Shown in pieces: positions 26,585 through 39,379 of a DNA stretch of 64,000 bases. This DNA is from Lama glama (taxonomy: Eukaryota), in the NCBI GenBank assembly GCA_028534125.1, contig CM052817.1:23438001-23502000 (forward strand), given 5' to 3'. Position numbers and translations under genes: made by a program. Under the pieces are notes generated by a model. It saw only the letters and a list, made by a program, of their open reading frames with translations, was not told the DNA's origin and did not search any database. The first letter of the stretch is position 1. Each line of letters opens with the position of its first letter.

Positions 26585-26720
26585 GTTATTGAGAACCCAC
26601 AAAATGTCATGCACATTGTTGGTTACTTGGGTCAGTTATTTCTTTTAAACATAAAACAATTCTTCAAGAAATATATTATCAAACCTTATTTCACAGATGA
26701 ATATACTGATTCATTGAGTT
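26585..26720 (-). mobile_element. MIR fragment
   Basis: 'ttattgagaaccc...tttcacagatgaa...actga'. Confidence 0.55.
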
Positions 26721-27129
26721 TCACTGAGCATCTTTAACATTGTTATCTATTTCTGTATGAAAGAGTCATTATCTTTGAATTTTGCCAGCAATGTGAAGAT
26801 TATCATCAAATACATAAATTTTAATTTTAATTATTTATATTATATGAACATTAGAAGAGTAGCCAACGAGATATTTCAGAATCATTTCACATTCACCAAA
26901 ATGAATATATCCCAAAAGCTTTTTTCATATTGCAACATTTTTCAAATACCCCACCAAATATAATGCCCCAAATCATAAATATTTAGGTTAAAATTTTAAT
27001 TTTGACTAATAACAAAAACACTGAAATTAGAAACTGACTATAGAAGTATAGGAGAAAATAAAATATGTCTCCAGCCAATAAAAATTAACTAGATTAAATC
27101 TGTCTGACTTTTTAAATGCCATTCTTGTC

Positions 27130-27230
27130 AACTTGATTGTAAACTTTGCAATGTCAGTGTTTTCCTAGTCTCATTCTTTGTATCTCAAATGGTTAGCATG
27201 TTGACTGGTCTATACTACCTGCTCAATGAG
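27130..27230 (+). mobile_element. L2 3' end fragment
   Basis: 'gattgtaaacttt...cattctttgtatctc...tgctcaat'. Confidence 0.5.
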
Positions 27231-29719
27231 CAAATAGATCAAACTGTAAGGCTGGATCAGACATCTAATTCAGCTCCACCTTCCGGCACAGAGTAGATCT
27301 CACCTAATCAAATTAGTCTCTGGACTGTAAGACTCAGACTAGATATGTGTAAGCTTCCCATATATATAAGTACCTATATACCCTAAAGATCTAGTAATTG
27401 GAGGAACTATGATTGAAATCCAATTATGTCTGACACCAAATTCCATTTCCTTTCTACTATATTTTTCTGCCACAATGTAATATTTGAAATTTTAATATAT
27501 ATATATGAATTATATATTTTTATTCAATGGATTCTATTCAGAATTATTTTGTGTATTTTTATTTCATATGTTAAATAAGGGAGGATTGTGTCCCCAGGTA
27601 CCAATGCTATAACTTAATAAATTGATTTTTAAGTTATGTTATATATATAATTGCTAATGAAAAGATTGCCTTCTCAATGTCATATATATCCTAAATAAAA
27701 TGTCAGCTAACGCATTTTATTGATTCTAGAGGAAAACAAAGCAAAAAAAAATCCACTTTAAATAGATGACCTTCTGTGAAGCTTAAGTAACTACTATTGG
27801 AATGAGTGGAAACACGTTATTTTATAGAGATCTCTCTAGCTGACAATCTTGGGAAGATGGCAGATTCAGTTCATCCCTCTGGCTATCCTCTCTCAATTCC
27901 TATCAAAATATTAACTATTTCTCTTGAAACAGCCAGACCACACATGGGGCTTGAAGGTTGTGAGTGAGGTCTAGGACCCAGAGAGCAGAATGTTTCCCTT
28001 TCTGAGAGCTTGTGACCCAGCATTAGAAAGTACCAAACAGCATAGATTCTGGGGAGACCTTGGCCTTGTGGGTAACCACGAATAATCCAGGACAAAGGGA
28101 TCAGTAAGGAACAATGCCAATTTTCCTAAAATGAAAGTCCCCCAAATCAAAGACTCTCCAGTACAGATTGCTCTTCAACAATCCATCTTTCTTTTAGATA
28201 CACAGAGTTAACAAGTAAATCATGTCACTTAAAGAGGTCTGTTCCTGATTTTTGAGAATTTTCAGAAAAAGGGATACATACAGATCATTTTGTGAGCAAG
28301 GACACGAGTCCTCAGAATCTATCATAAATTTTAGTGAAGTAAACAGTAGAAATAAGAGAAAGTTTTAGAGAAACATCAGGAATCAGTAGTCGATTGATGT
28401 CATGGGGATGATCTGCTTTCAGTATTTTGTGGGATAACCAATAATAATCCCTTTCTCTATTCATGAACTTAAAAAAAAATGTTTAGTATCTAACCAAAGC
28501 CATATTTAGCTGCTCTAGAAAAAGTCACATTAGATGTATTGTTCAGAACTTTGAACAGAGTTAAATCCTTGAGAAGTCTGTGAATTTTAATTTTTCATGA
28601 CCCGTGGATAATAGAGACTTGATTTAAATTGACCATAGAAAATATTTATACTAATGATTCTAAAATGGATTGGTTTTGAGGGCAAAATTACATCTTGTAG
28701 TTTATCTTGTTTTGCATATACATGCCTCCTTACTTGGAGAAAAAGCTGAGACTCATCATATTTAAGTCATTAAAAAAAACCTTAGCTACTAAAGGGGAAC
28801 TATAGAGGCTGTCTTTTTTTTAAATTAAGTTAAACTCTATCCCTTCGATCTGCACACTTTATTGCCACTTTTACTTTATAAGTTCTATTTATACAGAGTC
28901 CTCTGGGTATTAAACTGCTTTTTCGGCAAGTCTAGTTGCTTCTTACAAAACCTTTTTCTCTTGGTTCATTGACAGCTCATCAACCAACGAATCTCAGTAG
29001 TGACAAACTCTAATGATTGAAACACATATCTTGATCTCTCTCAGAATCTCAATATATTTCTGATTCAATACTGACTTTACCATTATTAGCTCATCCCCTC
29101 TCTTACTGCCTCCTTTCATCCATCAAGGATAAACTACATGTCAGGCCTACTGTTTGAACCAAGAGAAGAAAAAGGAATAAAATAACTTTAGTTCACTGTA
29201 ACCCTATCATTTAATTTAGCTTACTATAAATAATTGTATCTAGTAAGAAACTATACTTTTTCAATTTGCTAATAAATTTCTGAAAATTGAAATTATTTCT
29301 CATTTGGTAGCAACCAAACATGTGTTCACTTTTTCTCTGGTATGTTTCAAGCTACCAAGTTTCTTAGCAATCTTTATAATAAAATGTCATATTATAAATG
29401 TCACCTAGTGCTGATATCCAACGAGCATATCAAACTAAGCTTGTATTCTGAAGTGATGTAATGCTTCAGTTGACTGGATAGTGCACACAGTGTATGCATC
29501 ATGAGTCATGTCTGTTAAGGAAAGTTTGATTTTCATTATAAAATTATTCCTTTATTTATCATCTGCTTATACCTAGCAATCCAGAACAACAATTTCAATA
29601 GTCTAAATGAATTCGGCGCTGAATTTAGGCTCTAGGAGCATGTACCATTTTCATTAACTTAAAATGATAAAACAAAGTTATAAAACATTAGATGGATCAT
29701 GGCAAAATTATTTTGTATT

Positions 29720-29843
29720 AGTATATATGTATGACTTACATTTATATATATCCTACATTCATATATATAATATATGCATATATAAAGGAGATATATATGA
29801 AATATAAAGGAGATATATATGTGTGTGTGTGTGTGTATGTATG
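29720..29843 (+). repeat. TA-rich low complexity and (TG)n, with a 20-bp direct repeat
   Basis: atataaaggagatatatatg at 29780-29799 and 29802-29821, followed by (TG)n. Confidence 0.85.
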
Positions 29844-29849
29844 CTAAAA

Positions 29850-30150
29850 GTATCTAGTTAAATGGCAAGCTACATCATATTGGAGGTCCCTGAAAGACAG
29901 AGAATTATGGGGAAATAGACCAGGGAAGAGCTCTGGGGAGCAGATCTGGTCAGTCATTTTGTGGACAGGGAGAAGCAGTCTGACGTAAAGATGTAACTGG
30001 ACTCCTGGATGGTAGTGAATGGATTGACTTTTGTCAAGGTTTAGAAGGAAAAAGGTGCTAGGCAAAAGGAATATTGATGGAACTGTGGAAGTGAACACTA
30101 AATGTGAGGATTGATGCATCCCACGTTAATGCTCACCAGGGAGCACCCCC
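29850..30150 (+). mobile_element. ERVL internal region, pol RNase H fossil
   Basis: Translates to DSWMVVNGL (from 30000) and SHVNAHQ (30119-30139), matching HERV-L RNase H TDSWAVANGL and SHVSAHQ. Confidence 0.85.
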
Positions 30151-30298
30151 TGCTATGATTTCACCCCTATTTTGTTCAATTGTAAAAAAATAAAAAATTG
30201 TCATGAAGAAATTTCATGAACATATTTCTTTAAAACTTATTTTGAACTTATTATTTTTGAGAAAGCATTTTGATAAAACTTTTACCTAAAAAGTAAGC

Positions 30299-31229
30299 TG
30301 TCCTAGATCAGGTTGTATATAAGTCTGAGTTCTCCAGAAAAATAAAGACAACAGGAGATTAGGTAGGTAGGTAGGTAGGTAGGTAGATAGATAGATAGAT
30401 ACATAGATACATAGATACATAGATATATAGATCATAGATAATAGATAGATAGAGATTTATGAAAAGAAATTGGCTCACATGATTACAGAGGCTGATAATT
30501 CCCATGATCTGCCAAGCCAAGACCCAGGGAAGTTGGTGATATAATTCAGTCCAAGTCCAAAGACCTGAGAACTAGGGGAGCCAGAGATATAAATCCCAGT
30601 TTAATGGCTGGGGAAGACCAATGTCCCAGCTCAAGTAGGCAAGCAGGAAAAAAAAGTGACAAATTCCTCTTTCCTCTGCCTTTGGTTCTATTCAGGCCCT
30701 CAACAGAGTGGCTGATGCCCACCCCCATTGGGGAAGGCAATTTATTTATTGAGTCCACCAATTCAAGTACTAATCTTGTCCAGAAACACCTTCACAGACA
30801 TACCCAGAAATAATGTTTAACCTGGACACCACATGGTGCATTCAAGTAGACACATATTAGTAAAACATCACAGGCTGCTATAACAAAATGTCATAGACTT
30901 GGTGACAGAAACAGCAGACATTTATTTCTCACAGTTACGGAGTTAGAAAGTCCAAGATCAAAGTACTGGCATGGTTGGTTCATGGTTAGTGCCTGATTCC
31001 TGGCTTGTGGACAACCACCTTCTCACTATGTGCTCAGATGGCCGTTCCTCAGTGCATGCCCTTGGAGGGAGAGGATGTGCTTGTGTCTCTCTGTCTTCTT
31101 CTAAGGACACTTACCGTCATCTAAACCTAATTCATTCTCAAAGGCCTCACCTCCAAATATCACCACGCTGGGAGTTAACACTTCACCATACAAATTTTGA
31201 GAAGGGACACAGACATTCAGTCCATTACA
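30299..31229 (-). mobile_element. MLT1A/B-type MaLR LTR, split by an MLT2 insertion
   Basis: 'tgtcctagatca' (30299) plus 'ggctgctataacaaaatgtcatagact' (30873) reconstitutes an MLT1 terminus. Ends at 'gacattcagtccattaca'. Confidence 0.8.
30316..30872 (-). mobile_element. MLT2 (ERVL) solo LTR with internal (TAGG)n(TAGA)n repeat
   Basis: 'gagttctccaga', 'aattggctcacatgatta', 'ttcaggccctcaac', 'ccagaaacaccttcacagacatacccagaaataatgttt' and 'catcaca'. Imperfect TSD ggttg/ggctg. Confidence 0.9.
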
Positions 31230-31769
31230 CAACGTAATGTAAGCCAGCTGTTTGTGTTTGAGAGAAGTCTGTAGAAGCCCTGCTAGAGATCTCTGCTAAT
31301 GCTCCAAGCTCCTGATCCTCCAGGAAAAATCTAGCACAAAATCTCAGGCAGCCTGACATGAATAAACATTGAGCATCAGTCGTCCTGTGACTGTCATAGA
31401 TTGTGCCGAACTGGGTTTTCTGTGTACTGAGATGCACACACTGTAAGGAAACTCCAACTTCTTTATGCAGACCATAACAAAATGTTTTTTCTAGTAGAGG
31501 TCATTGACCTGCCAGCAGGAGAGTCAGAGCATCTGAATTAGTCATAGACTGACTGACCATTTCTGATACAACAGTGTCCTTACCGTCCTTCTCACCCTCA
31601 TTAACTCACTGCTTGCTTAACTTGTAGGAGGAAATAAATGTAAATGTTTCATAACCAAGTGTGAGTGTTAGTAATTTCTATCAATGTTGTCCACCCTTGG
31701 ACATCTTGAACTTTTTTTTTTTTACCTTTAACCATCAGCTAATCCCCACAATATAGCAACTGCAAATGA

Positions 31770-32007
31770 ACCAACAAACACACAGGTAGAAAACATAGCT
31801 AATTCATAGATATGAACTAGTCTCTGATATTGATAACTCATATGATTGTCCAATAGCCCATGAAGGGAGTAGCCATGGAAGCCTTGAATAGGCCCAAAAG
31901 CACATGCTCCCTCTCACCAAGACTGATCTGGTCACCAACCTTCTGTGTGAACAATTAGGGGACAAGGAAAACACAGCTGTCAACATGGCACCATACTTCA
32001 AGGAGGA
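31770..32007 (+). mobile_element. ERVL internal region, integrase N-terminal (HHCC) fossil
   Basis: AHEGSSHG (31856) and AQKHMLPLTKTDLVT resemble HERV-L AHEQSGHGG and AQQHGLPLTKADLAT. Confidence 0.8.
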
Positions 32008-32639
32008 TGCATTACTGTCCTGCTGCTGCATAGCAGATTACCACAAACTTAGTGACTTAAAGCAATGCATATCTATTACCTCACAGTTCTGAAGGTCTCA
32101 CAAGGCCAAAATTAAGGTATCAGCCAGGCTTAGCTCCTATCTGGAAGTTCTGGGGAAGATCCATATCTAAATTCATACAAATTGCTAGCAGGAATCAGTT
32201 GCATGTGGTTATGGGAATCTAGCCTTTTCCTGGCCAGCTGTCAGTCAGGGGCTGCTTTCAACTCCTAGAGGCTGCTCTTGAGGCCTTGCACTTGCTCCCT
32301 CCATCTTCAAAGCCAGCTAAAATAAGTTGAGTTGTTTTCCTGCTTCAAGTCTCTGTGAATCCCTCTTCTGCATCCTGCAGGAGAAAAGTCTCTGCTAAAA
32401 GCCTGTCTGGAGAATTTCCCTTATGATTAATTCCAAGTCAACTGACAGATGTAAATAACTGATGTCCATCTAAATTAACTACATACAAGTACTACAGATT
32501 TAGTAACTAATTACCTCTGCAAAATTCCTTTTTCTGTGTAATGTAACACAATCACGGACATGATCTCTCACTGTATTCACAGTCATAAGGATTAGAAATA
32601 GACATCTTGGGGAGCCATCTCAGAATTCATGTCCTCACA
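32008..32639 (-). mobile_element. MLT1E/F-type MaLR LTR
   Basis: tg...ca termini; 'ttaccacaaacttagtgacttaaa', 'tcacagttctg' and 'catcttggggagccatct'. Imperfect TSD gagga/gagaa. Confidence 0.85.
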
Positions 32640-33190
32640 GAGAATAACCAGCCACTTGTGAAAAATAGTTTATATCACACCTCTTTCCTGGAAAAGGCAG
32701 CAATTGTTTCTAATTATGACTAACAGTAATTCTGGATCTGGTTAGTTTTTCCTCTACAGCACTTCAGCCAGTATCACTGTCCAGGAGCCCACAAAGTATG
32801 CAATTAATTGACATGGGATCCCAAATAATACCACCATGAACTAAGGAGCCAATTTTATGGCTAAGGAAGTGTGGCAATAGGCATATGATTATGGATTCAA
32901 TGTTCTTACCATACCCTACATCCCTGGGAATATGGTAGCCTGATGAAGCCCTGGAATAGCCTTTTGAAGGTGCAACTAAGAAGCTAGTTAGAGATAACAT
33001 ACTGGGAGGTTAAAAAGATGTTAGGATCTGGTATATAGCTTAACCATCTGGCCTCATGTCGTATTGTGCCACCATAGTAAGATCCCCACTGAACAGGAAT
33101 CTGCAGCTGTTGCCTGATCACTTTGGTCTCTTTGTGCTGATCATTTAGTAAGCAAAGAAAGGAATTATCACACTTGCAAGATTATCACCT
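32640..33190 (+). mobile_element. ERVL internal region: integrase core and dUTPase fossil
   Basis: HGIPNNTTMN*GANFMAKEVWQ*AYDYG (from 32812), WNSLLKVQL (from 32952) and LLPDHFGLFVLII**AKKGIITLA (from 33107) match HERV-L HGIPHSIASDQGTHFTAKEVRQWA, WNGLLKSQL and LPPGHFGLL...AKKGVTVLA. Confidence 0.88.
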
Positions 33191-34118
33191 TATTTTAGAT
33201 ATACATGTATGTCTATATGCATATGTATACATATGTAGCAGTATATAACGATATATGCATACATATACTTATTTAACTTTTCAAAAGAAGTATTTCTTCT
33301 AAAATGAGGTTGGTATTTTTTGTCAACGTCATGTAACTAATGTTATACTTCAGTTATAAATGCCAGTAAGTCCCTTTAGTTCATGGAACACTCATAATGA
33401 TCATTTTAAATCATCAATAATTTATTCTGTGCATTGATCCTGGAAATATATTCAGAATCACCCAGATATATTAGATTCAATATATAATATAATAAATCAT
33501 TGGCACAAAATGAGGCTAACAAAGATATAAAACTTGTTCAGCAGCTCCAAAATGGAAAGTGAAAAAGAAAGATTTTAGATTATAATAAAATGAAAGATTG
33601 GGACAAATTAACTTGTTCCCATATGTAACTGAAAAAGAAAACATAGTATTCTAATAAAAAAGTATTTCACATGTATAAACTCACTCCTCAGCCTTTGAGG
33701 TGGTTTCTACTATTAAATCCATGTTTAAGGAAAAAAACTGAGTTGATAAATTAAGTAATATGACTATAGTGATTTAGCTTGAAAGTGTTAAGAACAACCT
33801 AATAAAAATAATAACAGTATATATAATTAATGAATACTGAATGTGTATTAGACATTGCAGAAATAAATGAAGCATTGTCAACATGTAGTACTAGCCCATT
33901 CATTTGCTGTACAAAATTTTGCTACTAATTTTAAGTAAAAGCCATTTAGTTGAAAATAAGTTGATCCCCAAGATAGTTTGTTTAAAACAATCGTTTATTT
34001 GAAAATTAACATACCCTATTTTTCTGTGTCTTATATTGATTATTTTAATGAACTGTGTCCAATTTTCAAGCTTTACAACATTTTAAAGAATTTTTGTGTT
34101 TATGCTGTTACTTAATTA

Positions 34119-34363
34119 TTTTATTTATTTTTTAAAAAATGTGTTTTTATTGAAGTATAGTCAGTGTACAATGTTGTGTCAATTTCTGGTGTACAGCATA
34201 ATAGTTTAGTCACACATATACGTACATATATTCATTTTCATATTCTTTTTCATTACAGGTTACTACAAGGTGTTGAATATAGTTCCCTGTGCTATACAGT
34301 AGGACCTCGTTGTTTATCTATTCTCTATAGGGTAGTTTGTGTCTGCAAGTCTCAAACTCCCAA
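34119..34363 (-). mobile_element. Cetartiodactyl-type L1 3' end, 5'-truncated
   Basis: 'ttattgaagtatagtc...ttctggtgtacagca...aatatagttccctgtgctatacagtagga'. Diverged TSD-like flanks. Confidence 0.88.
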
Positions 34364-34814
34364 TTGTTTTATAGTTAATTAATTTTCCTCCTTTTGTATG
34401 TTCAATACCTACTACTGCAGCGATAGAAAAGGAATGAAAGTAATACATAGCCAGGTGAATCAAATGCCAATTTGTAAAGTGAAATCAACCAACCACGTTA
34501 GGTTTTTTCCCTAGGACTATGTCACTATTTACTCTGTGACGCCCTTAATACCTTACTATACTCAGCATGCTTGTATCAAATAGTTTTCATATTCTTTGTA
34601 GTCTATGCCCTGGCAAATAAAGTTGCCAATCTTGTGAGAACTTATAGAAAAGTATGAATAAATATATGTTGAGTGAACATTTGGGATAAGTGCAAACATT
34701 TCCATTCATTGCATCTAGTTTTCATTTAGAAATCTGTCTTTATGACTTTCTGGTTTTGGTTTGCATTAACACGATTTTTTTTTTCCAGAAGTGTCATCTG
34801 GACACATTATAGGA

Positions 34815-35057
34815 TAGAATTGAAGAGAAAAGACTTTTGGAGTCAGGCTGACTCCAAAGCTGGGGTTTGAATCCAACTCAGGACACCAATTTACTGAGAT
34901 ATCTTAGGCTAGCTGCTCCAATATTTCAAGTCTCCGTTTTCTTACCTATAAAGTGTGAAAAATAATATTTCCACTTTCTAAAGGTGCTTAGACAAGTGTC
35001 TGACATGCAGTAAGTATTCCATAGATGCTACTTATCATTGTCCTATTATTATTATTA
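34815..35057 (+). mobile_element. MIR SINE
   Basis: 'ttggagtcag...gggtttgaatcc', 'gttttcttacctataaa' and 'gtgcttag...tgacatgcagtaag'. Confidence 0.75.
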
Positions 35058-35886
35058 AATGAAAAATTAATGAACTATAAATAAGATCAATTGAAGAAAC
35101 ATCGAAAAATGACGTCCCATAACTATCAATTTCTTGGGCCATTGGTTTTGAAAATAAAAATTAAATCAGCCATACTCAACCCAAAAATTACATATTTCTA
35201 GTGATGATACAAATTCCAATACCTGGATTATACTTTATGACTTAAAATGGTTTTTAAAAACAGTATGTGTCCCATGATATTACAAATAGGGGAATTCTTA
35301 ACATTTCTAGTTTCTGCTTTTACTTATTAGTTATTTTTGAGATGATAGAATAGTTCCATGTTTTCAAATATAAATATCTAAGTATGTATCATCCAAGAAT
35401 TCAAAAGAAATTAATACTTGCAAGCATTCAGCAATTAATTCATACTGAAAGTATACTATTTGGTCCAAGAGTAACATCAGTTTCAGTTTATTTTCAAATT
35501 TTCAACATATATATATTTGGGAGCAAAACTGGTTTATGTACATACATTAATTTTTCTGCATTGTACTGTGATATACACAAGAAAAAACATTTCAAATATT
35601 TCATTTAAATAAAATCAATGCAAACAAAGTTTGGCTTCTTCAGATATATTTTGTCTAGATGTTCTTGAAATGTTTATATAAAGCTCTTAACAAGGTAATA
35701 AGTGGTAAGAGAAAGAGTAGTTGCTATTGTTAATACTGGAGTTCCAAGAAATAAATGCCCTTCAATTCATAAAATTTTAAATTCCTTATAAATATTCATA
35801 TTACTCCTTCCTATGAATATTTATGGATGCATACTTCTAACAATGTTCATTAAAACAGCCAAGGAAACATTCAGCTGAAAATCTCC

Positions 35887-35922
35887 AACTTAAAACACAG
35901 TAGGAACTTAAAACACAGTAGG
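35887..35922 (+). repeat. Perfect 18-bp tandem duplication
   Basis: aacttaaaacacagtagg x2. Confidence 0.95.
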
Positions 35923-36614
35923 AAACTATCTCAATGAGATTAATATTCTGCTCCTGCATATGACAGAGTATGTGTGTGTGTTTCAAATTAAATTTAATTT
36001 TATCCCAGAGAAGTGCAAACTAAAGAACATGTAACTGATCTTGGTGAAAACTGAGGGAATTTTAAAATTTCTACTTACACTTTGTTCTTCACTTTCTAGT
36101 ATCAAGCATTGTGCTAAGCTCTAGGAATCTAGAAGTGAGATATATACATTACGTGCATACGTATATATGTAATGAACATACGTGTAAATGTGTATACACA
36201 CACATATATATGCCTTCTTTTAAAGCACTAGTGAGAGATATCTATGTAACGAGAATGATAATGGCATGGAAATTCTTTTTTTATATACCGATGTGCAAGA
36301 ACTGAGAGGGAGGAGAGAGGAAGAGAAAGAAAGACAGCGGAGAAAGAGAGAGTGTAGGTGGACATACTATTTCTAGCTTTGACACAGATAATTCTTCTAC
36401 CCACCAAAGTGTTCAAAAAGGCCACCCCATCTCTGGTCACACCAGGTGCTGGGAGTGGCAGAAAGACTGTAACCAACTGCTCTGCTTCAGATCAGCAGGG
36501 CAGGGCTATGGCATCAGCAGAACCAGGAAGACAGTGTTTCCTAGAAGCTGATGAAGAAAATCAAAGCCGTCCCTGAAAAGCAGTAGCTTACTATTTCCAT
36601 CACTAAAAAAAAAC

Positions 36615-36720
36615 CATTTGTGCACCTACTCTGTGCCAGGCATTGTTCTAGAAGGGAACATATCTGTGAACAAAACAAACCAACTTGTGTTTTTCCCTGA
36701 TGTTCATACTGTAACATATT
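36615..36720 (-). mobile_element. L2 3' end
   Basis: 'gcacctactctgtgccaggcattgttcta...gtgaacaaaaca'. Confidence 0.75.
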
Positions 36721-39379
36721 CATAGCCTTTCTCTAGAGAAGTCACTGAGGAAAGTCTAAATATAAAATTCTTTTACAAAATACAAATGATTTGATCCAAA
36801 GGTCTAAGAAAGCATGACACTCAAAAAGACCATTTGGCATATATGCATTCTTCCGAAGGGAAACACATTCAGAAAGCCTAAATCCTCATTCTCAAGTAAA
36901 GTCCGATGAGATGTCATACGTCATGATAACATAATCTTAGAAAATGCTCCAACCATTTGTCCTTCTTATTGATTAAAAACATGTATTAGCAGATTAAAAT
37001 CTTTGAGATCTGCTGCAGTGCAAAAACTACTACATGTGATTGAATCCCATGTTTTTCAAACTTGAATTTCCTATAAAAACTGCTTTTCACTGATCATGTG
37101 ACTTATGGAATTAATATTTCATGAAATAGTTTTTGAAGCACCTTGATTTAGTTAATACATCTGTATAGATTCATATAATGCTTCAGAATAAGATCAAGAC
37201 ACTTCTTCAGAAGTAAAGATATTTATACTGTAGGAAAAAAATTGGACAGAACGGTTATACTTCTCAATTATAATCAATATTCATATGTTTGTCTCATCAA
37301 TAATCACCCTCATTTGTATCACAAAGAAGATATGGTCATTAGAAATGCAAGTCATAAAGGAATCAAAGATATATTAAATAGCATGGTAAATTTTATTACA
37401 AATTAATGTTACTTAACATGTCATTAACATTCTCATTTCATATGGGTTTTCCTTATTATTTTAACTTAGGGACAAAAATGTAATAAATCTTTGACCTCAA
37501 CCATGTCTATCTCCTACACTGAGACGAATATACTGTGAGTTTTCGGAAACCTAACTCTATCCCTTAGGGAATCTCAATTTAAAATATTCAGCTGTCCTTA
37601 TTTCTAATACTGGAAGCCAGTTCAGTAGAATCATAAACCTACGTTCAAGGCTACTACTAAATTTTGAAAAAAGAAAAAGAAAAAGAAGGAGGAGGAGGAG
37701 AAGGAGGGGGAAGTGGGGAGGAGAAATCTAGGTCTAGTTATTTAATGCATCTTAGTGTCTATTTATGATAAATAAAAATTGTATTTTCAAAAAGGACCTG
37801 AGGTCTTCAGATTGATTCTCTGAAGGTGTAACTGTCATTGATAACTATGGCATTAGGCTTTTCATAGATTACAGAAGGTTTAAATAGGAATAGTAAATAA
37901 CCCCAAACTGCCCACCTTAGAATGGCCTTCACCATTTTGTTCTGCAGGTCACTTGAATAACTGTCAGGAAAGCAAGCTATTAGAGGAGAATTAGTTTTGA
38001 TTAAGCTTAATGTTTTCTCTTAACTATTTTTCTTAACTTCAGAGACGATATTAATTTATATCAATTGACTAGAGTATTCTGTAACAAGGTCATCTGTATT
38101 CAAAAATAGATGAATTTTTAACCTGTTTCAGGCATGAGACATCTTAAAGATTCCAAACCACTTTTTTTGTACTAGCAGGATTTTAAAATGATTAAGAGAA
38201 GCAAAGCAGTTCATGACATACGGAGAACAGGTACAATTCCTTTATCTTAATAAATAGTAAAATACATTAGAAACAGCAAAGAAGAAACTGATAAAATTGT
38301 TTCAGCCCAATAAAGTTCTTTATTTCTTAAATGACAAAGAAAAAAACCATAAAATATACCTCCTTTTGTAGTTTATGCCTCCAAATGTAATAAAGTAGTA
38401 ATATTTATTAATGTTAATTATTATAATATAAAAATGAAAGTATTATAATATAAAAATATGAAAGAGGGCTGAGACATAAGCACAAAGCTGAAATAAGGTA
38501 AATTTTGTAAATAATTATATTTTTATTTATAAAATTGAGAAAGTCATTTGAATAAACATCTGTAGACATTTTAGACAAGATATTAGAATGAACAAAATAG
38601 TTATATCCCTCGCTTTCCACTCCCACTGAAAGAAATAATTGAAGAAATAATACAAAGAGAGAAAACCTGTATCAAAATAGAAAACAGAAAACTTAGGATG
38701 AGCGCTGTTGCTGTAGTTGATGCAATCAGTGACAAGTGCTTGATAGAAAACTTGAGAAACCTATGCCTCACCCCTCTCTTACTCCACCTGACCCTCCCTA
38801 CCTCTCCCCTCCAAAAAAGAGAACTGATTTTCAGGTAATAAAGATTGGGGAGATCTTCATGAACTCTCTCTGATCTTCTCAACTAAAATGATGGCAGATG
38901 GAGGTAAGGCGTTTGGGCTCCCATCTCTTCTGACTGGCTAAAGGACTTCAGAGGTCAAAGATCTCCTCCTACTGTAGAAAGTCACGACAGTTGAATTTAG
39001 CTGTGGCAACCTGGTATTATAAACAACAAAGAAAAACTTCAACAAAGAAAAAGCTCCAGGACTTACAACAGAACTTAAGTATCACATTCCTATGAATTTC
39101 ATGAACATGTTTTCAGTTTATGAAAACCCCCCCCTCAAAGCATTTATGGCTATCTATAAATTCAGCTCTTTTTGTTCATTGCTCCCATATTCTCTCTTTG
39201 AGCTAGAAATTTACCATCAAAAAGTTTTTACTTTTTCACCTCCATCCCTGGAGGTCCTCCAGGTAAAATGTGGTCAGGAATCTCACCCAGTAGTGAAGAA
39301 CCCTTTCAACCCTTAGATACATATATAAACCAATGGAGTGCAGGTATTGCCCACATGTGTATGCAAACAGCTAGATAAC

